From Octopus bimaculoides (Eukaryota): a DNA stretch of 64,000 bases. This document shows, in pieces, positions 55,801 through 64,000 of this stretch; position 1 is the first letter of the stretch; every line of letters begins with the position of its first letter. The stretch lies in the NCBI RefSeq assembly GCF_001194135.2, contig NC_068989.1, positions 68,830,432-68,894,431 on the forward strand, written 5' to 3'. The translations under genes were made by a program, and so were the position numbers. The notes beneath the pieces are model-generated. The model was given only the letters and a program-made list of their open reading frames with translations. It had not been told where the DNA came from and did no database searches.

Positions 55801-56976
55801 ATTCTTTGAATAAATTAATCATAAAGTGAAGAGCAGTTCATGTTAAAAAGGGTATTAATTCAATTAATTCTAACTTCTGTAATTTCTTTTCTACAGGGAA
55901 TAAAGACAATTTTAAAGAGCCAAAAATCAGCATTTTAACTGATATTCCAATAGAGAGAATGCTTATTTCCTTTAATCAAACTCATAACCAAATTATACAA
56001 ATGGGACAGACTAAATATAATACAGAAAATAAAACAAAATAAAGCATAAAAAAGGTTTCCAAATTAAAAAATATATATTTGTAAAGAATGAAATTTATGC
56101 ATACACACAAAAAACTATATAAATCCACATAAAACAAATTAGAAAGTGAATTATAAGTAAATTTTTATACAAAAGAGATTTATCTAAGTCTGTTTTATTT
56201 TTGGAAATTTTATAGCAAGTAAATAAATAGATAATAAATTATGAATAATATCTATAAATAAAAAAAAATATGATTGGTATAAAACACTAAGTGCCCTTGA
56301 CACAGCTCTTGATAATAGGAGAATTATATGTTAAGGAAAAGTTATTTACATTACAAAGCTTTTTGAACCAAATTCTTGATTCAAAGATTTTTCTATTTAA
56401 ATGATTTTAAATCCTCTAGCTCTGTTATAAAGATCACATGCAATATTCAACAGCAATAGTAAGAAAACATTTTAATTAAAGTTTAGAAAAACTTTAACAC
56501 CATCATTTGAAAACTAGAAGTCAAATACACAAATATGATAAAAGCATTTTTAAAAATGCTTAAACATAGATGACATTGGTTAGTATTAGAATAAATTATT
56601 TTATATATCTAAAATTATCTTTTAAACAGATACACATTTTAGCAAACTAATTAAATAAGAATGAAAACTTGTGGCAGAGAAAGACTTCATGTGTAACTAT
56701 AATATCAAGCTTATCAACACTTATTTTAGTTGATCCCTTATATTTACATTAAGACATCTAGCTAACTGCTATCAACTCATTTCTTTCCATATATTACATT
56801 ATTGTATGGTTTCACTGTCACTTTTAACTCATCAGTGTATATTTAATACAAGCATAAGCAAAATAAAGATAAGATGAGAGGTGAAAAAAAATGTACCACC
56901 AAAAGTGAGCAAGTATGACTGCAATGTAGTCATGAAGAGAAAGATAAGATAAGAAGTGCGAATGTATTCATAATAG

Positions 56977-57040
56977 AGAGATAATTACAAGAGTGTAACA
57001 AGAGATAATTACAAGAGCGTAACGAGAGAAAATTAGTAAC
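56977..57040 (+). repeat. 24-bp minisatellite, about 2.6 units
   Basis: AGAGATAATTACAAGAGTGTAACA / AGAGATAATTACAAGAGCGTAACG / AGAGAAAATTAGTAAC. Confidence 0.8.
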
Positions 57041-57359
57041 ACTTAATGTGACAAAAGACAGATGTATTAATTGGAAAAAAAAAATATGATGTCAATCAAT
57101 CAACATCTGAGAAAAGACGAGAAAGGTAAAAAGTAAACATACAGAGGAATAAAGGTTAAACAGTTGGCTACATAAATTGAGAACAAACCAGACAATACCA
57201 GAGTAGAGAGATAAACATTTAAAAAGACACAAAGTTGGAGAGCAAACATTGAGAAGAACACAGTTAAAAAGTAAATAAATATATGCAAAGACAAAAGAGA
57301 ACAAATAATTGTAAGGTCAGAAAAGTGTCTGAAATACAAAAAGTGACAGAAGGAGAAGT

Positions 57360-57362
<3 letters not shown>

Positions 57363-57430
<68 letters not shown>

Positions 57431-57619
57431 AGAGAAAACAAAATAAAAACACTTAAATGATAAAGGAAAAAAATGATACTGAAAGAAGTAGAAAACTAAA
57501 CAAGGCCTAACAGGAAGGTATGGTAAAAAAATAAATGATAAAAATATCAAGGTATTTCAAAGTTGAAAGAAACATCTTATCAAATGCTACATAGAAGACA
57601 GGAACATTTGTAAGGTGCA

Positions 57620-57663
<44 letters not shown>

Positions 57664-57668
57664 TGTGT

Positions 57669-57706
<38 letters not shown>
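57363..57706. repeat. Two long (TG)n microsatellites (57363-57427, 57619-57706)
   Basis: Directly visible. Other dinucleotide arrays lie at about 20148-20216, 22305-22352, 25544-25577, 35487-35535, 45163-45206, 46006-46073 and 62548-62608. Confidence 0.95.
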
Positions 57707-57709
<3 letters not shown>

Positions 57710-58266
57710 CACATTTAAATATATATATACTTAAGTTGACTAATGAAAATGAAAGTACAGAAATGTCTCTTAAGAATTTTAAGTACACAAATACTCAGAC
57801 TAGAAAACACACACACACACACACAAACTTATACAAAAAAGAAAAAAACACATATTGTCCCACAAGTAACTATGTTAGAGATATCAACCAATGGAAGGGA
57901 CTTCAAAAACAGGTTGTGATAATTATACTTTTCTTGAAAGTATTAGTGACATGAGAAAGAAAATTAGGTGAAAGTTTATGAACACAGCTTGAGTATTTTT
58001 TTTGTCACTGTCCTATATCTAATCTTGTGTGAGAGAATTACCTGGTGGTCTTACTGGTGCCAGTGCCACGCAAAAAGCACCCAGTACATTCTGTAAAGTG
58101 GCTGGCATTAGGAAAGGAGCCATAGAAACCATGCCAAAGTAAACATTGGAATATAGCACAGTCCTCTGGCTTGCCAGTGGCTGTTGAGCAGTCCAACCCA
58201 TGCCACCATGGAAAATGAATATTAAGTGGTGATAAAACTTCTAGGGATATGAAACCATTTTTATAG

Positions 58267-58420
58267 TGGAACTCAAAGTGGATAAAGCTATAAATAAAAG
58301 CATGTAGAATATTGGGTTAAAAAAAATTAATTAGTCAGCCTTTAACTTTTTTCCATCCAAGGGATTTCTGCCCAACATTCTTCATGCTATTATTTATAGC
58401 TTTAGCTACTTTGAGTTCCA
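58267..58420. mobile_element. Inverted-repeat MITE, copy 2 of the GGAACTCAAAG family
   Basis: TGGAACTCAAAGTGGATAAAGCTATAAATAAAAGCATG at the left end and CATGCTATTATTTATAGCTTTAGCTACTTTGAGTTCCA at the right end form TIRs of about 50 bp. Confidence 0.8.
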
Positions 58421-58494
58421 ACACAAAAAAAATAATTATATATATATATTCAAAGGTATCAGTTCCTTGAAGAAAAAACAAGAACCTTTTATAG

Positions 58495-58714
58495 CCCTTT
58501 AGCATTTAAGTCAGCCATATCTGGCCAAAATATCCTACTTGGGTTATGCGCAAACAGGCCAGATCCAACCTCTCACACCTACACTACAATATCAGTCTAA
58601 AAACAAACACTCAGATCATCAAAGTCTCAAAGCTACAAGATAGTGCATGATTAATTTAAAACAATGTGAATAAATAAGCATGACATTTGACAGAGTAATC
58701 CAAATGCTAAAGGG
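58495..58714. mobile_element. Second piggyBac-like MITE family
   Basis: TIRs CCCTTTAGCATTT ... AAATGCTAAAGGG followed by TTAA; the left target site is degenerate. Confidence 0.7.
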
Positions 58715-59304
58715 TTAAAGATGTTTCAACAACATCTTGGTTTACAATCCTTAGTGCTCTTCCAAAGCAAGTGCAAACTTTCAACAGAGTAAAAACCCAT
58801 ATAAGGAGCAATTAAGATGAGAGACATCCAATTTAGCTAATCTAACACAATTTCATATTCTCAAGAACCAAGAGGGACAGGGAAACTATTAAGTATTAAA
58901 GATTTGATTTCTTTGGCATTGGCAAAAGGCTACTCATTTTATTTAAAGCACTTATTGGATTGGTTGATTAGAGGATAAAACCAAATTTTGGCAGAACTTG
59001 ACCTCAAAAATGTGTCTGCAAAACATCTAATAGTTATAAACATGCAAATAATTGTTTTAGTTATCCAATTAAATCCTCATAAAACATCAAATTTTCTCTC
59101 TGATAAAAGTATACTTGGCACTCTGAATTATATATAGGGCCTTCAAAGACACAGGTGTGGCTGTGATAAAAAGTTTTCTTCCCAACCACATGGTTTCATG
59201 CTCAATTTCGCTGCCTAGCACCTTGGCAAGTGTCTTCTACTATAACACTGGACCAACCAAAGGTTTAGGAGTGGATTTTGTAGCCAGAAACTGAAAGAAG
59301 CTTA

Positions 59305-59342
<38 letters not shown>

Positions 59343-59949
59343 CAAGCAAAATACTAACGCATAAGTATATACATTTATATATATATATAAATGTATCTCT
59401 CCTTATCTTGACAGTGTATGATAGTTCTAAATGAGTGTCATACAGTCATTTATTTCCAATATCCTGTGAAAACATTACCTTCCTTGGAAACAAGAGGTTG
59501 GCAACAGAAAGGGTATCCAGCCATAGAAAATCAGCCTGACTAAACTCTCTCTCTGATCCAAGCAAGTATGGAAAAACAGACGTTAACAAGATTATGATGA
59601 TAATTAAGTAGCCTACCTCATATACAAGAGCTCTATCTTTAATCATTACTGTAGTATAAATCTCACTTAAATGCTAATACTGCTGCTACTTGTTTTCGTT
59701 TTGTTTTGTGCTTTTTGTATATATAAACATAATCCCATTGTTATAGAAACATAGGAATTATGATGTTAGTCATCTTTGTTTTAACTAGAGTACTGGATGT
59801 TAAAAATTAATACTTCTAGTCTAATAATGATAACAAGTGAACAATTGATTCAGGTTTTGCTGTACTTCTTTCATATATATATATATATATATATATACAG
59901 TTCTGAGCAAGCTAATAATATCAAAGTATGCAGGTTTCTGTCTCCTTGT

Positions 59950-61460
59950 CATGACAGCGTCTGATATTTCTGAATGTGAGCTTATGAATCTCACCTGTTG
60001 CATTCTGTACGGCTTCTGGCATACCAAGTAAAAAGCTAGCCAAACAATATTAACATTTTATACACATGTAGATTCACTGAAATGTTTCTGTGAACGATTA
60101 ATAGAAATAAAGTAAAAATCCTAACTGAAGTAGTTCTTTCTATCAACATACGAGTGAGACTTCGTAATGTTATTAACTGTACAGTTTAGGCCAACTTAGG
60201 GAGAAGCCATATTATTGGTTAGTCGAGAATCCTATTCAATGCATTGAAAATATACTATCCAAATAAAAATTATCTGCAGCTGCAATAGAAATGTAATGAA
60301 ATTAACGATTGCCCCATAATACTACTCATTCAGTTCGTAGTAAGGACGCATCAAAACTTAAAATTCATTGACTAAAATTTTTAGATATAAAGTTATCGGA
60401 TTCCAAGTTCAGGCACCTCTTTCCTCGGAGCTTACATTTTAGTTGTGATCAATCGTTGATTAGAGGAAGTAAATGGAGAATAAAATAATATTGATGAAGG
60501 AAATCAACTTGAATCAATAGTTCGGATCTTATGTCTGTACCAGTTAAATATGACAGCATGAAACCTACTAGAATTGGTAATAGGTTCGTCTTATATCGCT
60601 GAAAGTTCAGACTTCCTATGATTTCTAAGAGTCACAGGTTTCATGTTTCTTTGCAAGTTATAATAATAATGTTCATGACTTTCCCAAGGGCATCATCATC
60701 ATCGTTGTCAGCGAAGGACTTCATTGTACATATTAAAATGTACCTTAAACGAACAAAAACCATAATGGAAAATGAAATAATAAGCACCATATAAACATTC
60801 AGTATTTTTTGCACACACACACATTATTTATATATATATATATATGAAAAATTCAAGATAAAAAAAAAACCGTGTTTGATGAGTTATTTAAATGTCTCCT
60901 CGCCCAAATACGGCTAATGTTTGCAAGTTATAGGATGCTGTAATTTTAGATGGGCAACTTGACAAAAATCTATATGTAAATTTATACCATACAACTTGAC
61001 AAAAAGAGACGATAGATAGACTAAACCAACAACACAACACACTAACACAAAGGTCTGTATTCTCTGATATAAATAAGGGATAGCCATTAAAAATTAAAAA
61101 ATTTAAAAAAGATAGCAATCTGAGACGAACAAAAGGAAGTATTGTTTAACGATATTTATCAGCAATACTTCCATTGTAAATTAAAACAGAAATAGTCAGC
61201 ATAGCAAGATGGCATTGAAGATTAAATCCCAAGTGTTTGAAGTATATAATAAATAACAGGCGAGGATCGTACTTTTTCTTAAGTAGATAATAAATCATGA
61301 TTTAATTACTTTCATTACTCTAAACCAGATTTGTGTTCATATGACGACGGTCTGGATAATATTAGCATTTATTTAGCCAGTCATTAAAATACAACCAAAA
61401 AGGAAGGTGAAGTAGCACAAAGTTCGAAGGTAGTAGTAGTGCTGTAAGCTATTTCGCCCA
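59950..61460 (-). promoter_or_regulatory. CpG-retaining 5' region: probable promoter, 5' UTR or first exon(s) of the kinase gene
   Basis: Manual count gives about 20 CG dinucleotides in 60000-61000 versus about 1-3 per kb in 54000-57000. The region lies directly upstream of the candidate ATG exon. No TSS can be pinned. Confidence 0.55.
59995..60003 (-). CDS. GckIII (STK24/25/26): Candidate start-codon exon, ATG CAA CAG (MQQ), phase 0
   Basis: Minus strand reads acagaATGCAACAG|GTGAGA: strong donor, A at -3 of the ATG, phase 0 matching the next exon. An in-frame stop lies upstream. It sits at the edge of the CpG-rich zone, and a good acceptor (ttctattaatcgttcacag) would start this exon at 60087. 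Confidence 0.55.
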
Positions 61461-61494
61461 AACAAGGCTGAAAGTAAATAGGCAGTTATGTAAT

Positions 61495-62294
61495 ACACAC
61501 ACACACACATGTATGTATGTATATATATGTATATCTATATACATATATATATATATATGTATGTATATATACATATATATATATATACATACATATATAC
61601 ATATATATATACACATACATATATATACACATACATATATATACACATACATATATATACACATACATATATACATATATATACACATACATATATACAT
61701 ATATATACACATACATATATACATATATATACACATACATATATATATATACACACATACATATATATATATATATACATATATACATATATATATACAT
61801 ATATATATACATATATATATACATATATATATACATATATATATACATATATATATACATATATATACATATATATATACATATATATATACATATNNNN
61901 NNNNNNNNNNNNNNNNNNNNNNNNNNNNNNNNNNNNNNNNNNNNNNNNNNNNNNNNNNNNNNNNNNNNNNNNNNNNNNNNNNNNNNNNNNNNNNNNNNNN
62001 NNNNNNNNNNNNNNNNNNNNNNNNNNNNNNNNNNNNNNNNNNNNNNNNNNNNNNNNNNNNNNNNNNNNNNNNNNNNNNNNNNNNNNNNNNNNNNNNNNNN
62101 NNNNNNNNNNNNNNNNNNNNNNNNNNNNNNNNNNNNNNNNNNNNNNNNNNNNNNNNNNNNNNNNNNNNNNNNNNNNNNNNNNNNNNNNNNNNNNNNNNNN
62201 NNNNNNNNNNNNNNNNNNNNNNNNNNNNNNNNNNNNNNNNNNNNNNNNNNNNNNNNNNNNNNNNNNNNNNNNNNNNNNNNNNNNNNNNNNNNNN

Positions 62295-62345
<51 letters not shown>

Positions 62346-62400
62346 TACATGTATATGCATCTATATATACATGTATATATAATGTATGTGTATATGGACA
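61495..62400. repeat. Large compound (TA)n/(TACA)n/(CA)n microsatellite spanning an assembly gap
   Basis: Directly visible. It generates the spurious YIYI ORFs in the track. Confidence 0.95.
61897..62294. other. Assembly gap (N run) inside the TA-rich satellite
   Basis: 398 N bases. Confidence 1.
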
Positions 62401-62546
62401 CGTACACCCACGTATTATAGAGTTGTAAGATACTCGGATACTCTATAATTATTCAACATTATTTATCCTTCATAACACAGATTTTATGCACAAAACCAGA
62501 TATTAAAAATGTGTGGGCAGACAAAATATACAGCTCTAATGTAGCG

Positions 62547-62611
<65 letters not shown>

Positions 62612-63734
62612 CAAAATCTTAACAGAACATTCAATAAATTAGCTCAAATAGGTTGTGTATTGAAAGTAAATACTTTTATACAATGGTCTTGAAGATATTA
62701 CTAATAAACAACTCTCTCCTTACTGAGCTAACCAATGATATCACCTTAAAAGCTAACCAACAACAGCTATTATATACACATTATTATAGCATATAGATAC
62801 ACACACACACATATTTTGATATACAAACGTGAGGATATGTACCCATTACATGTACATTTTTATTCATTCGAAGCTGATCATACGCTACGTCGATACTCAG
62901 AGTTTCTCACTACATGAGACCCCCCCCCACTCTACAGCAAAACAAAAGAAACATGATCAACTTCGAAAGTGTGTGTGTGTGTGTGTGTGTATGTATGTGT
63001 GTGCGCGCACACACAAACACACATATATATTGACAATGTGTTTGTAGGAGTTTACTGCGTATACCGATGAGTGATGAACAAAGTAAAAAAGAATCCATTA
63101 TATTTGATAGAGTAACTATGCAATCTAACACACACACAATATATATATGTATATATATATATATAAATATATATATATAAGCGCACACTAACTCGCACAA
63201 ATTCTATGACTAACTCGCCAGGGAAATAAATCATGTGCAAGATGTCTCTTGCAGACTCGCTAGCAACCACTACGATACGAAACTGTTTATATGTAATTAC
63301 TGTAGAACTGACTTCAATAATTATATAACGTTTCAGAACAACGACCTCAGCCAAGTGCTAGCAAGTATAACCATATATTATTTGGTGATTCACCGATAAT
63401 TTTTTTTTAAATGTGTGCAAAAACAACAGCACCTTACCGACAAAATCTGTTTTATATTTTAGTAAAATAATAAAATGGTTAAGAGAATGGTGATTCTTTT
63501 ACGGCATTTGATAAACTGCAAGTAGATAGACAACGCGTGTTGTGTATGCATATGCGAGGACAGTTCCTCAGAGTTCCATGTAACCGAGATATTTAATCGG
63601 TAGCGTGAAACTCAGGAGTAATGATTCAAGAAATGTCAGGTGCTAATAAAAGATACAAACTCGTTCTTCATCTGTAAACACGTACATAGATAGGAATAAA
63701 AGTAAGCATATGGATCTCCGTCAGTTTCGACATA

Positions 63735-63822
63735 CTAAAAATGCCGAGAAGTGGGGATCGAAACAGAGAATCAATATTGTGAAATAACAACCTTTTCAAC
63801 CACAGGACCATTCCTGCATTTT
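63735..63822 (-). mobile_element. Degenerate tRNA-like SINE head
   Basis: Minus strand reads GCAGGAATGGTCCTGTGGTTG...TTCGATCCC. There is no CCA end or intact cloverleaf. Confidence 0.45.
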
Positions 63823-63847
63823 TTTATTGCCTCCCCCCCCCACACAC

Positions 63848-63892
<45 letters not shown>

Positions 63893-64000
63893 CACACCGC
63901 ACACAGGCCGCTTCTGAACAAGTAGACTTATATAAATCAAAGGTGCTCACGCAGTAACTCGTCCTTCTACATATCTAAGATAACATTGTCAAATGTGTCC

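Noticed and set aside
61449-62428. ORFs of about 300 aa rich in Y/I/H/T in the ORF track
   Set aside because: They are translations of TA/CA microsatellite plus an N gap and have no coding signal.

Overview
AT-rich, microsatellite- and SINE-dense animal genomic DNA with two N-gaps. The repeat families resemble those I recall from octopus, so a coleoid cephalopod origin is inferred but not verified. Nearly the whole window is one intron-rich minus-strand gene for a GCKIII-subfamily STE20 kinase (STK24/MST3, STK25/YSK1, STK26/MST4 group; Drosophila GckIII). I rebuilt it by hand from GT-AG splice sites with consistent phases. Eleven internal coding exons between 43766 and 2643 are well supported. 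A 3-codon start exon (60003-59995) and a terminal exon (1924-1891) are plausible but weaker. The full model is 1542 nt / 513 aa: kinase domain, acidic linker, a linker extended by three short symmetric exons (39, 81, 69 nt), and a CCM3/PDCD10-type dimerisation region. Most of these exons are missing from, or only partly captured by, the ORF track, whose other entries are microsatellite or AT-rich noise. Introns hold tRNA-derived SINEs, TTAA-flanked and fold-back MITEs, two near-perfect long palindromes (2245-2328, 39438-39760) and an exact 83-bp dispersed duplication. CpG density rises sharply at about 59,950, marking the probable 5'/promoter end. There are no prokaryotic features, CRISPR arrays, rRNA or intact tRNA genes. 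I found no clearly new multi-gene system. The best leads are linker cassette exons, a possible tail-anchored isoform, a divergent activation loop and intronic dsRNA-forming elements.
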